DNA of 64,000 bases from an uncultured Alphaproteobacteria bacterium (GTDB lineage: Bacteria > Pseudomonadota > Alphaproteobacteria > RF32 > CAG-239): NCBI GenBank assembly GCA_944393725.1, contig CALYBC010000001.1, positions 6,928 through 70,927 of the forward strand, written 5' to 3'. Shown here one piece after another: positions 20,206-29,597 of this stretch (within the stretch, counting starts at the first letter, position 1; each line of letters opens with the position of its first letter). The position numbers were made by a program, and so were the translations under genes. The notes beneath the pieces were generated by a model. The model was given only the letters and a program-made list of their open reading frames with translations, had not been told where the DNA came from and did not search any database.

Positions 20206-20706
20206 TTCACCCTTAATCTGACTATTTAGTATAGTTCACACTTATTTACAATCTCTTAAAAAATTTAATCACAGTGTAAAAATGTTGTTGTGTTTTAAAT
20301 TAAACCGTATATGCTAGTGCGTGAGTTTTGCGGATATTTAGTAGCGGAACCGGTTTTATTTTTTGGAAAAAAATGTGTTTATGATGATTAAAACCGAATT
20401 CTGATACCCGCCGTGCTTTCATTATGATCGGACGCGCACCGCGAAACTTTGTAAAACGAAAGTTTTACCGGAGAGTTTTGAAAGATTTTTAGGTCTAATC
20501 GCACCAATCAACAACAAAAAATATTCGCGATTTGCCAAAAGTGAAATTTTATGTGGTTTAGTGAAATTCGCAAAAGTTAATTGTGAATTTTAAAATGTTT
20601 TCAAAATCATAACGCCACAACTTTATTTAAATCTTTAAATTTTCTCTCCGGATTGCAGGTTAATTTTGAGCCATATTTTATATGGTTTACAACGGTGGAG
20701 ATTTTT
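20206..20706 (+). promoter_or_regulatory. Divergent amiC/rne control region containing the long rne 5' leader
   Basis: 501 nt without a credible ORF, upstream of rne. Contains several local hairpins, e.g. aaactttgtaaaacgaaagttt. Long structured rne leaders are known from other bacteria. The TSS was not identified. Confidence 0.4.
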
Positions 20707-23145
20707 ATGACTAAAAGAATGTTGATTGATGATACCCAACCTGAAGAAACCAGAGTTGTGGTGGTGAACGGAAATAAACTTGAAGATGTTGAATTTGAAA
20801 GCACCAATCGCAAGCAAATAAAAGGAAATATTTACCTCGGTAAAATTATGAGAGTTGAGCCGTCTTTGCAAGCTTGCTTTGTCGATTACGGCGGAAATCG
20901 CCACGGTTTTATGGCTTTTGGTGAAATTCATCCCGATTATTACAATGTTTCGCAAGAAGTATTGGATGATATTGAAAAAGAAGTTGATGAAATAATCGAA
21001 AACAAAAAACGAATCATCAAAGAACGCGAAATCGAAAGAGAAAGAAGAGCTAAGGAAAAAGCCTTGGCCAGAGAAGAAGCTTTGAGACTTAAGGCCGAAA
21101 AAGAAGCCGAAGAGGCTTTGGCTCAACAAAATGCCGAGACCCCTGTTACTGACGAACAAATTAATGTTGAACCGATTGCAGAACCAACTCAGCAAATAGA
21201 AACGGCAGAAGAAATTAAGGTTGAGGATGCTCCGCATATCTCGGAAGAAGAGTTTATTGCCGAAGAAGAAGCTAAAGAAGGCGGAAAGAAAAAAACCAAA
21301 CGCAGAATGCTTAAGAAAAGATATCGTAAGCAAATCGCGGCCGAAGAAGCTAAAGATGAGGTTGAGGCAACCGAGGTAAAAACATTGGCTGAAGATACCG
21401 GTCTTGATGAGGCTTCCGTATCTCAAGAAAACGATGATGACGACGATGATGATGAAGAAAGAGCCAAGTTTGACGAAACTGACGATGATGTTGATGAGGA
21501 CGACGAAAATATTGATTTCGAAATTCAAAGAAAACTAATCAAGTCAAGAAAACTTTATCATCGCCACAAAATTCAAGATGTCATAAAAGAAGGCCAGACC
21601 ATTTTGGTTCAAGTAGTCAAAGAGGAAAGAGGCAATAAGGGTGCCGCCTTAACAACTTATCTTTCTTTGGCCGGCAGATATTGTGTCTTGATGCCAAACC
21701 GCATTAAAAGCGGCGGCGTTTCAAGAAAAATCACCAATGCGGCAGACAGAAACAGATTAAAAGGTATTGTTAAAGAACTGCCGCTTAATTCGGATATGTC
21801 TATTATCGTCAGAACCGCCGGTGAAGAAAAAACCAAGTCTGATATCGTTCGTGACTATAACTACCTCATCAGAGCTTGGAACCAAATCAGAATCGATGCT
21901 TTGAAAAACAAAGCTCCCAAACTTATCCACGAAGAAGGTAATTTGATTAAGAGAGCTTTGCGTGACATTTATACCAAAGACACTTCGGAAATTTTGGTTG
22001 CCGGTGATGAAGCTTATCGTTTAGCTAAAGAATTTTTCAAAATTTTATCGCCGCACAATTTGAAGAAAATAAAAGCATATCACAACAACGACATGCCGTT
22101 GTTTCAAAGATTTCAGGTTGAAGGGCAGCTCGACAAACTACATGACACAAATGTACAATTAGAATCCGGCGGATATCTGGTAATTAACCCAACCGAGGCT
22201 TTGGTTTCTATAGATGTTAACTCCGGTCGTGCTACCAAAGAAAAAGATTTGGAGGAAACTGCCCTTAAAACAAACTTGGAAGCCTGTGATGAGATTGCCA
22301 GACAGCTCAGAATGCGTAACTTGGCCGGCTTGGTGGTTATTGACTTTATTGATATGGACGAACCTGCCAACAATCATGCCGTTGAAAAACGCATGAAAGA
22401 GGCTTTGAAAAAAGACCGCTCCAGAATTCAGGTCGGAAAAATGAGTATGTTCGGATTGCTTGAGCTCTCAAGACAAAGAATGCACTCGGCCTTTTGGGAA
22501 AGTAATTATCAGGTTTGCCCGTACTGCCATGGCAAAGGTATTACCAGAACTCTGGAATCAGCCGGTGTTTATATTTTGCGTTCTATTGAAGAAGAAGGCA
22601 CCAGAAATCGTTCTGCCAAAATAAATATATTTGTTCCGACCGATGTGGCCATATATCTACTAAACCATAAGCGGAAAACTCTCAGCGACTTGGAACAAAA
22701 ATATAAATTAGAGATTATAATCAGTGCCGACAACAATGTTAAATGTATTTCTGATTACAGAATCGAACGCACAAAGATTGTGGCTCCAAAAGAAGAAAAA
22801 GTTACAACTCCTTCGGTTGAAGAGGTTGAACAAGAGATAAATAAGCCGGAAGAAATCAAGGCTGAGGTTAAGGAAGAAAAAGAAACTACTCAACAAGAAC
22901 AGCCAAAGCCCAGAGAAAGACGAGGCAGAAGAGGAAAATTTGATCGTCGTCGCGGCAGATTTAATCGCAACAACGATAGCAACTCCGAAAATAAAGAAAA
23001 ACAAGAAGCCGTTATTTTATATGACAGCTATGCAGATACTACACAAGACAATAATAAAAGCAAAGAAACCTCCGAAAATGCCAAAGAGGCTGAATCCGAA
23101 AAGAAAGGAAAATCGGCTTGGTGGAAAAAACTTATCAAAGGCTAA
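20707..23145 (+). CDS. rne: Ribonuclease E
   Basis: The ATG at 20707 gives MTKRMLIDDTQPEETRVVVVNGNKLEDVEFES...GNIYLGKIMRVEPSLQACFVDYG (S1 domain). A large K/E- and poly-Asp-rich insertion follows, then the catalytic core (VSIDVNSG, LAGLVVIDFIDM), a Zn-link CPYCHGKG, and a short Arg-rich tail RERRGRRGKFDRRRGRF. Confidence 0.9.
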   Translation: MTKRMLIDDTQPEETRVVVVNGNKLEDVEFESTNRKQIKGNIYLGKIMRVEPSLQACFVDYGGNRHGFMAFGEIHPDYYNVSQEVLDDIEKEVDEIIENKKRIIKEREIERERRAKEKALAREEALRLKAEKEAEEALAQQNAETPVTDEQINVEPIAEPTQQIETAEEIKVEDAPHISEEEFIAEEEAKEGGKKKTKRRMLKKRYRKQIAAEEAKDEVEATEVKTLAEDTGLDEASVSQENDDDDDDDEERAKFDETDDDVDEDDENIDFEIQRKLIKSRKLYHRHKIQDVIKEGQTILVQVVKEERGNKGAALTTYLSLAGRYCVLMPNRIKSGGVSRKITNAADRNRLKGIVKELPLNSDMSIIVRTAGEEKTKSDIVRDYNYLIRAWNQIRIDALKNKAPKLIHEEGNLIKRALRDIYTKDTSEILVAGDEAYRLAKEFFKILSPHNLKKIKAYHNNDMPLFQRFQVEGQLDKLHDTNVQLESGGYLVINPTEALVSIDVNSGRATKEKDLEETALKTNLEACDEIARQLRMRNLAGLVVIDFIDMDEPANNHAVEKRMKEALKKDRSRIQVGKMSMFGLLELSRQRMHSAFWESNYQVCPYCHGKGITRTLESAGVYILRSIEEEGTRNRSAKINIFVPTDVAIYLLNHKRKTLSDLEQKYKLEIIISADNNVKCISDYRIERTKIVAPKEEKVTTPSVEEVEQEINKPEEIKAEVKEEKETTQQEQPKPRERRGRRGKFDRRRGRFNRNNDSNSENKEKQEAVILYDSYADTTQDNNKSKETSENAKEAESEKKGKSAWWKKLIKG

Positions 23146-23162
23146 AATACTTTTTTAGGTAT

Positions 23163-24494
23163 ATGATATTGGGACTGCTCGGCGGAATTATTCTGCCGGC
23201 AGTCTTTTGTGTTGGTGAAGCACAAGCTCAGAGTATCAGGCTTATTTCTGACGAAGAAACCGAGCAATTTTTGCAACATATAGTCAAACCGCTGTTTGAG
23301 GCGGCCGGAATAAAATTTTATCGCAATAATATTTTTATTGTAGAAGATAATTCACTTAATGCTTTTGTAGCCGACGCCAATCGATTGTTTGTGCATACGG
23401 GAACCATTACCAGAGCCGATAATGCTAATGAAGTTTCCGGAGTTATTGCTCACGAGACCGGACATATTATGGGCGGTCATATTTTAAGACAAAAACTAAA
23501 AGCTCAAGACATGAATACCGTTTCTTTAGTATCGGCCATGTTGGCGGGGGCTTCGGCGGCTTTGAGCGGCAGAGGTGATGTTGCCATGGCGGTTATGCTT
23601 GGCGGACAGTCTTCGCTTTTGAACGAATATATGGTGTATCGCACCGGAGAAGAGCGTTCGGCTGATGAAGCTGCGGCCATGCTTTTGGATAAAACCAAGC
23701 AATCTCCAGCCGGCGTGCTGACTTTTATGAAAAAAATATCAAAAGACAATATGCTTAACGGACGCGAAGAAATGCCTTATTTCCGCACCCACCCAATCAC
23801 TACCGAAAGAATCAAATTCTTTGAGAAAAAAGTTTTGGAATCGCCATATTCTGCAACTTCTCCTTATGATAAAGAATTTGAAAGAGTTAAGGCTAAACTT
23901 AAGGCTTATTTGTTAACTCCGGAAGAAACATTAAAACTATATCCCTTAACCCGAAAAGATATCCCTGCCCGCTATGCTCAGGCAATCGCTTATTTTAAAA
24001 TGCTAAAATTTGACGAGGCGGCAAAAATTTTGGATGAGTTGTCGGCCATAGAACCAAACAATCCTTATTTCTTTGAGCTTAAAGGACAAATTATGCTGGA
24101 ATCGGGCAACCTTAAAAGAGCTAAAGATGCTTTTGCCAAAGCCTATGAACTAATGCCCAATTCGCAATTAATGCAGGTTAACTACGCTCAGGTGATTTTG
24201 GAAGATGAACCGTCTCCCGCTGAGGCAAAAAAAGCCATAACTCTGCTTAATAAATCTTTGGTATCTTCGCCAAATGCTTTTTCGTGGATGTTGTTGGCCA
24301 AGGCTTATGCCATCAGCGGTGATATGGCTGCTGCCGCTTATGCTACCGCCGAATTTTCACTTAGAACCGGAAATTTGAAAAATGCAAAAAATCAACTCAA
24401 ACAAGCACAAAAATATCCGCGCTCAGACAATATCAGAATAAAAATCAATGACTTGGAAAACAGAATAAAATTATTGGAAAAAAAAGAGTTATAA
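23163..24494 (+). CDS. M48-family metalloprotease with C-terminal TPR domain (BepA/YfgC-like)
   Basis: Signal-like MILGLLGGIILPAVFCVGEAQA. HETGH zinc motif (GVIAHETGHIMGGH). TPR-like repeats in the C-terminal half. Confidence 0.8.
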   Translation: MILGLLGGIILPAVFCVGEAQAQSIRLISDEETEQFLQHIVKPLFEAAGIKFYRNNIFIVEDNSLNAFVADANRLFVHTGTITRADNANEVSGVIAHETGHIMGGHILRQKLKAQDMNTVSLVSAMLAGASAALSGRGDVAMAVMLGGQSSLLNEYMVYRTGEERSADEAAAMLLDKTKQSPAGVLTFMKKISKDNMLNGREEMPYFRTHPITTERIKFFEKKVLESPYSATSPYDKEFERVKAKLKAYLLTPEETLKLYPLTRKDIPARYAQAIAYFKMLKFDEAAKILDELSAIEPNNPYFFELKGQIMLESGNLKRAKDAFAKAYELMPNSQLMQVNYAQVILEDEPSPAEAKKAITLLNKSLVSSPNAFSWMLLAKAYAISGDMAAAAYATAEFSLRTGNLKNAKNQLKQAQKYPRSDNIRIKINDLENRIKLLEKKEL

Positions 24495-24509
24495 ACTCAT
24501 CTCTTTTGC

Positions 24510-24537
24510 TTGAAAGCTCAAAAATTGATGTTATACT
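24510..24537 (+). promoter_or_regulatory. Strong sigma70-like promoter in the bepA-holC gap
   Basis: TTGAAA (24510..24515), 16-nt spacer, TATACT (24532..24537). About 30 nt upstream of a GGAGAG SD and an ATG. Confidence 0.5.
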
Positions 24538-24568
24538 GCCGACATAATTTTTATAGCGGAGAGTCGGA

Positions 24569-24751
24569 ATGATGAATGAGAAAAAAAATCTTTTGAACAA
24601 CATACCTAATATTTATAACAACAATTCCGGCGTAAGAGTTTTTGGGTGCGGCGTGAAAAATGTCAAAGCTCAGCAAAAGACAATAACTACTTTGAACACT
24701 GTAACGAAGACACCATATAACCAGTATATCAGAAAAGAAGGCGGTCGTTAG
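24569..24751 (+). CDS. Candidate small basic protein (60 aa), unknown function
   Basis: GGAGAG lies 5 nt upstream of the ATG at 24569. MMNEKKNLLNNIPNIYNNNSGVRVFGCGVKNVKAQQKTITTLNTVTKTPYNQYIRKEGGR. No family recognised. Convergent with holC and no terminator seen between them. Confidence 0.3.
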   Translation: MMNEKKNLLNNIPNIYNNNSGVRVFGCGVKNVKAQQKTITTLNTVTKTPYNQYIRKEGGR

Positions 24752-24768
24752 TTTAGTACCTGCTTGTT

Positions 24769-25224
24769 TTAAGCTTTTTCTTCCCATGAACCGCTTGCGG
24801 TTTGTTGCCAATAGTGGCATTCATGAGAGGCTATTTTAGCCTCTTTCCAAAAAACGCGTGCTTGCTTAATACTTTCTTCGGAAGCACCGTCAAAAATGTT
24901 AAATACTCGCTCAAAATCTGATAATTTATCCGTACTTATCTTGGCATCATCAATCAAAAACAACATAGAAGCCTGATTGGGATTATCATCACCTGAGGTC
25001 AGCCAAATCGGTTGTGAGGCGGCATTACCGTCTTTTTTGGAGCCATGGGGCAAAAATGAAGCATCATCATATGTCCACAACAAAGTATTTATAAACTCTA
25101 CCCTATCTTCCGTACCGATTTTAACAACAATGTGCTTACCAGAAGCATAGGCCTTTTCCAGCAATTTGGGCAAAACTTCCTCAATACCCGATTTCTGTAA
25201 ATGGTAAAAATCTATTCTACTCAT
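24769..25224 (-). CDS. holC: DNA polymerase III subunit chi
   Basis: MSRIDFYHLQKSGIEEVLPKLLEKAYASGKHIVV and ~150 aa length match alphaproteobacterial HolC. Overlaps the degP stop by 8 nt. Confidence 0.75.
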   Translation of the reverse strand: MSRIDFYHLQKSGIEEVLPKLLEKAYASGKHIVVKIGTEDRVEFINTLLWTYDDASFLPHGSKKDGNAASQPIWLTSGDDNPNQASMLFLIDDAKISTDKLSDFERVFNIFDGASEESIKQARVFWKEAKIASHECHYWQQTASGSWEEKA

Positions 25225-26596
25225 TGTTTCCTACCTTGAGCTGTAAAGTTTGCGGAATACCGTTGCTTAGAACCAATAATTCTAATTGTCCGCTTTTATC
25301 TGAGATTGCGTAGGCGACATAAGACACCATATCTTCGATACTGCTCACATTTTTGCCATTGGCTTTTTGAATGATATCACCACTGCTTAAGCCTTTTTGG
25401 GCGGCATCGGAATCGGCTAAGACCTCACTTATCACAATTTTGCCATCGGCATTTTTTTCTAAAACCATACCTGCTTCGGCTATATAGCCCTCCGGCTTGG
25501 ACTCTTCCGGCATAGTATCAGGCTCGGCAACAGGTTTTTGCTCAGGCATAAGCGACACGGTCAGCTCAAAATCTTTAATCCGATTATCTTGCCATACGCG
25601 TAGCATTATATTTTTCCCCACCGGAGTTTCGGCTATGTTGCGAGAAAAATGCTTAACATCTTCGACATCAACACCGTTGAGAGCGATGATTATATCGCCG
25701 GCTTTGATACCGGAAGCTGCTGCCGGAGAATTTTCGCTAACCGAGTTTACCATTACTCCGCCGGTAAATGTTTTTTGTTCGCTTAGAGGAATTTCTTCGT
25801 CGCTGTTTGAAGCTTTGACCCCTATCCAGCCGCGTTCTACCTTGCCTTTGCTCATAAGCTCGGAAACAACGAATTTGCTTAAATTTATCGGTGTGGCAAA
25901 GCCTATCCCCATACTGCCGCCGTTAGAAGAGAATATTGCCGTATTTACTCCTACGACCTCGCCTTTCATGTTAAACATAGGACCACCCGATGAACCTTGA
26001 TTTATGGAAGCGTCGGTTTGGATAAAGTTATCGTAAGAACCGGCATCTATATCGCGAGATTTGGCCGAAACAATACCGGCTGTCACGCTGCCGCCCAAGC
26101 CAAAAGGATTACCGATTGCCAATATCCAATCCCCTACTCTTAATTTATCGGAATCGCCTAATTTAACAAAAGGCAATTCTTTGTCGGCATCTATTTTTAT
26201 CAGGGCCAAGTCGGTCATCTTATCCGAACCAATGACTTTGGCATCATACTTACTGTCGTCATAAAGCTTTACGATTATAGAATCCGCTCCATCTATAACA
26301 TGATTGTTGGTTATAATATAACCATTGCCGTCAATCAAAAAGCCTGAGCCTAGTGAAACTCTGCCGCCTTCGTCTTGCAAAAAGTAATTGCGAATGTGCT
26401 CGTTGGTACTGTTAATCTCGACTTTGTCTGAAAATTCTGTAGATTGTTTAAGCGTGGAGATATTGACCACTCCGGGAACAAGCTTATCAACCAAATCGGC
26501 AAATGACTGCCCGAATTTATTTTCTTGTTCCAAAATCTGAGCTTGGGTTATGCTTGAAAAAGTCAAGCCTATTAACAGTACCAATCTAAACAACAT
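25217..26596 (-). CDS. degP: Periplasmic serine endoprotease DegP/HtrA (trypsin-like domain plus two PDZ domains)
   Basis: Signal peptide. ITNNHVI (His), D in the TDLALIKI context, INQGSSGGPMFN (Ser). Two PDZ-like GIKAGDIIIALNG / GLSSGDIIQKANG segments. Confidence 0.9.
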   Translation of the reverse strand: MLFRLVLLIGLTFSSITQAQILEQENKFGQSFADLVDKLVPGVVNISTLKQSTEFSDKVEINSTNEHIRNYFLQDEGGRVSLGSGFLIDGNGYIITNNHVIDGADSIIVKLYDDSKYDAKVIGSDKMTDLALIKIDADKELPFVKLGDSDKLRVGDWILAIGNPFGLGGSVTAGIVSAKSRDIDAGSYDNFIQTDASINQGSSGGPMFNMKGEVVGVNTAIFSSNGGSMGIGFATPINLSKFVVSELMSKGKVERGWIGVKASNSDEEIPLSEQKTFTGGVMVNSVSENSPAAASGIKAGDIIIALNGVDVEDVKHFSRNIAETPVGKNIMLRVWQDNRIKDFELTVSLMPEQKPVAEPDTMPEESKPEGYIAEAGMVLEKNADGKIVISEVLADSDAAQKGLSSGDIIQKANGKNVSSIEDMVSYVAYAISDKSGQLELLVLSNGIPQTLQLKVGNNE

Positions 26597-27475
26597 TTAT
26601 CTTCCTGCCTTTCCCGTTTGAGAAAAATATTCGAAAAATTCACTGTCGGGTGATAGCACCAAAGAGCTGTTATCTTTACCGTTGAATGAATTTTTATAAG
26701 CTTCTAGTGAGCGATAAAAAGCAAAGAATTTGGGATCAACTCCTGCGGCTTGATTCCATATTTCGATAGCTTGTTTATCGCCTTCACCGCGAATTATTTG
26801 TGCTTGTTTTTCGGCCTCGGCAATAATTACCGCTTGTTCTTTTTCGGCGGTTGCTCTGATTTTTTGAGCTTCTTGCTGACCGGTGGCCCTGAACTCTTTG
26901 GCTTCACGTTCGCGTTCGGTCTTCATACGAGCATTAATTGCCTGTAAAACTTCTATCGGCAGGTCGGCTCTTCTGATACGGACATCGGCGACACTTACAC
27001 CGATTTGTTCGGCATCGGCTTTTACGGCCTGCGAGATATCAGCCATAATTTGCGTGCGTTGTTCGGAAAGAAGCTCTTGCAAAGTGCTACGGCCCAAAAC
27101 TTTGCGAACCGAAGAATTTACGATTTCTTCCAATTTTGAACGAGCTTGCATTTCGGTACGAACGGTTTGATAAAACTTGAGCGGATCAACAATCCGATAA
27201 CGGGTAAAGTTGTCGACATCAAGTCTTTTCTTGTCGTTTAGTACAACCTCTTGTGCCGGAGGTTCCAAATTCAAAAGTCGGTTGTCATAGAATATGACCT
27301 TTTGAATAAACGGTATTTTGATTTTTAATCCCGGCTCCTTGATTTCTCTTATCGGTTCACCAAACTGCAAAACTATGGCTTGCTCGGTTTGTTTTAAGAC
27401 AAACAAAGTATCGGCAAGAATTACCAGCAGTATGGCAACTGCTATTCCGGTTATGACTTTAGCCTTATCACTCAT
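26597..27475 (-). CDS. hflC: Protease modulator HflC (SPFH/band-7)
   Basis: N-terminal TM plus SPFH domain. Immediately downstream of hflK with a 1-nt overlap. Confidence 0.85.
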   Translation of the reverse strand: MSDKAKVITGIAVAILLVILADTLFVLKQTEQAIVLQFGEPIREIKEPGLKIKIPFIQKVIFYDNRLLNLEPPAQEVVLNDKKRLDVDNFTRYRIVDPLKFYQTVRTEMQARSKLEEIVNSSVRKVLGRSTLQELLSEQRTQIMADISQAVKADAEQIGVSVADVRIRRADLPIEVLQAINARMKTEREREAKEFRATGQQEAQKIRATAEKEQAVIIAEAEKQAQIIRGEGDKQAIEIWNQAAGVDPKFFAFYRSLEAYKNSFNGKDNSSLVLSPDSEFFEYFSQTGKAGR

Positions 27476-28512
27476 TAGTTTGCTCCTTTAGTGTTGATTT
27501 TATCTAACGGAAGATACGGAATAACATTGTTTCCTTTTTTTCCGGAATCGATAATTACTTTGTCTGAATTGCTTAAAACTTTTTCCATGGTTTCGAGATA
27601 TAATCTCTTTATGGTTACATCTTTGCCGTTTTTATAGGCTTCATAAACCGATAAAAATCTTTCGGCATCACCTTTGGCTTTGCTTACTACTGCCTGCTTA
27701 TAGGCTTCGGCATTCTGTAATCTCTGTGCCGCCTCGCCTCGGGATTTGGGCAAAATCTCGTTGCGATAGGCTTCGGCTTCGTTTTTAAACCTTTCCATGT
27801 CGGCTTTAGCGCGTTGAACCTCGTTAAAGGCATCAACAACTTGCTTCGGAGGATCGGCCTTTTGCAATTTTACACGCACAATCTTGATGCCGGCACCAAA
27901 TTCATCCAGAACCTTTTGTAATTCTGCTTTGGTTTCATCTTCGACCTTACCGCGGTCTCCCGAAATTATCGGCATCATTTTTGATTGTCCGACAATCTCT
28001 CTTAATACCGATTGTGCCGCAACTTTTACTGTCTGGTCGGGATTTTGCATATTAAATACATAGTCTTTGGCATTTTCAACCCGCCAAACAATGGTCAAAT
28101 TTATGTCAACAATGTTTTCATCGCCGGTAAGCATATGGCTCTCGGTAAATGTGTTGGCCGATAAATTGCGGCTTTCTTGAACTCCCAAATTAATACTGCG
28201 TTCTTGGGTTAAATTTACCTTGTAAACATATTCCAAAGGATACGGCAGATGGTAGTGAAGTCCCGGTGTCGTACTGCGGTTATAGGCACCAAATCTTAAT
28301 ACCACTCCTTCTTCGTTGGGCTGAATTTGGTAAAAACCGGAAACAAGCCACAAAAGAGCTATGCCGGCAGCCACCCACCACCATTTGAAATCAAAATCTT
28401 TTTCGCTTGTTATATTACTCTTTTTGTTTTTTACCGGCGGCATATCGTTATCTGCCCACGGATTTTCGTCTTTTTCTTCGTTATTGTCCCAGGGATTTGG
28501 AATCTTTGACAT
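27475..28512 (-). CDS. hflK: Protease modulator HflK (SPFH/band-7)
   Basis: The ATG at 28512 gives MSKIPNPWDNNEEKDENPW, then a TM (WWWVAAGIALLWLVSGFY), an SPFH domain and a coiled-coil tail. The longer track start would crowd the divergent mrp promoter region. Confidence 0.85.
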   Translation of the reverse strand: MSKIPNPWDNNEEKDENPWADNDMPPVKNKKSNITSEKDFDFKWWWVAAGIALLWLVSGFYQIQPNEEGVVLRFGAYNRSTTPGLHYHLPYPLEYVYKVNLTQERSINLGVQESRNLSANTFTESHMLTGDENIVDINLTIVWRVENAKDYVFNMQNPDQTVKVAAQSVLREIVGQSKMMPIISGDRGKVEDETKAELQKVLDEFGAGIKIVRVKLQKADPPKQVVDAFNEVQRAKADMERFKNEAEAYRNEILPKSRGEAAQRLQNAEAYKQAVVSKAKGDAERFLSVYEAYKNGKDVTIKRLYLETMEKVLSNSDKVIIDSGKKGNNVIPYLPLDKINTKGAN

Positions 28513-28613
28513 CTTTGCAATTTCTCCATTTTTTAGTTGCATCATTCGGATTATATAATATAAATAGCTCAAAGAAACAACATTTCTCAATCTATCAACA
28601 GGGACAAAGCTCG

Positions 28614-29597
28614 ATGGAAAATATTGTAAGAAGTTTGACCGAAAAATATTTTAAAAGTGAAAATATTGCCGCAATCAGTGTTCTTGATAACCGAGTTATC
28701 GTTACCTTGCAAAATATTCCCGAAGATAAAAATGCGGCAGAAGCACTTAAAGCGGACATTTTGCAAAGCACTGCGGCTCAAAAAGTAAATATCATATTTT
28801 CTTATGCCAAACCCGTGTCAAACTTGAATGAAGAGCCACAAATGTGGCAGATCCGAAATGTTAAAAAAATCTTTGCCGTGGCCTCGGGCAAAGGCGGGGT
28901 CGGAAAATCAACCACCGCCGTTAATTTGGCTTTAGCGCTCAGCTCTTTGGGTAAAAAAGTTGCGGTGTTTGATGCTGATATTTACGGCCCTTCTATCCCA
29001 ACAATGCTCGGTTTTGAAGGGCAACCGGCAATCTCTTACGACGGTAAAAACTTTGAACCTTTTGAGGCTCTGGGGCTACAAGCTATGTCTATCGGCTCTT
29101 TGATTGACCGCGATACTCCCATAATCTGGCGCGGAGCGAAAGCTTGCGGTGCTATTGAGCAACTCTTGACCGAGGTAAACTGGGGCGAAATTGATATCAT
29201 GATTATTGATATGCCTCCGGGAACCGGCGATATTCAAATCACCTTATCGCAAAGGCTTAAAATTGACGGCGCTATCATCGTATCTACCCCGCAAGATATT
29301 GCCTTGATTGATGCCGTCAAAGGGGTGAATATGTTTAAGAAAGTCAATATTGACATCTTGGGCATTGTAGAAAATATGAGTTATTACATTTGCCCGAAAT
29401 GCGGTAATCGTGATGAAATATTCGGGTACGCCGGTGCCAAAGAGACCGCCGAAAAACTCGGAGTTAAATTCTTGGGTGAAATTCCGTTAAATTTTGCAAT
29501 CAGAGCCGACGCCGATAACGGAAAACCAATCGTTGCCGCCGAACCTCAATCGCCCTATGCACAAGCCTATATCAATATTGCTAAAAAGCTCATCTAG
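28614..29597 (+). CDS. apbC: Fe-S cluster carrier ATPase Mrp/ApbC
   Basis: The ATG at 28614 (MENIVRSL). Deviant Walker A ASGKGGVGKSTTAVNLA. CPKCG (CxxC) motif. The track's 5' extension overlaps hflK and was rejected. Confidence 0.85.
   Translation: MENIVRSLTEKYFKSENIAAISVLDNRVIVTLQNIPEDKNAAEALKADILQSTAAQKVNIIFSYAKPVSNLNEEPQMWQIRNVKKIFAVASGKGGVGKSTTAVNLALALSSLGKKVAVFDADIYGPSIPTMLGFEGQPAISYDGKNFEPFEALGLQAMSIGSLIDRDTPIIWRGAKACGAIEQLLTEVNWGEIDIMIIDMPPGTGDIQITLSQRLKIDGAIIVSTPQDIALIDAVKGVNMFKKVNIDILGIVENMSYYICPKCGNRDEIFGYAGAKETAEKLGVKFLGEIPLNFAIRADADNGKPIVAAEPQSPYAQAYINIAKKLI

Noticed and set aside
20635-21528. 297-aa minus-strand ORF (Phe/Leu/Ser-rich) overlapping the 5' third of rne
   Set aside because: It is the mirror image of the K/E/D-rich low-complexity coding region of RNase E. 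It has no start context and an implausible composition. An antisense artefact.
24551-24820. 89-aa minus-strand ORF overlapping the holC 3' end
   Set aside because: It overlaps holC in another frame and lacks start signals. The plus-strand 60-codon ORF in the same gap has far better promoter and SD context.
28407-28613. N-terminal 69-codon extension of the mrp ORF, and likewise the 26-codon extension of hflK
   Set aside because: The extensions overlap each other on opposite strands and have odd composition (Phe/Leu/Cys/Tyr-rich). Internal ATGs with SD-like sequences give N-termini typical of Mrp and HflK.
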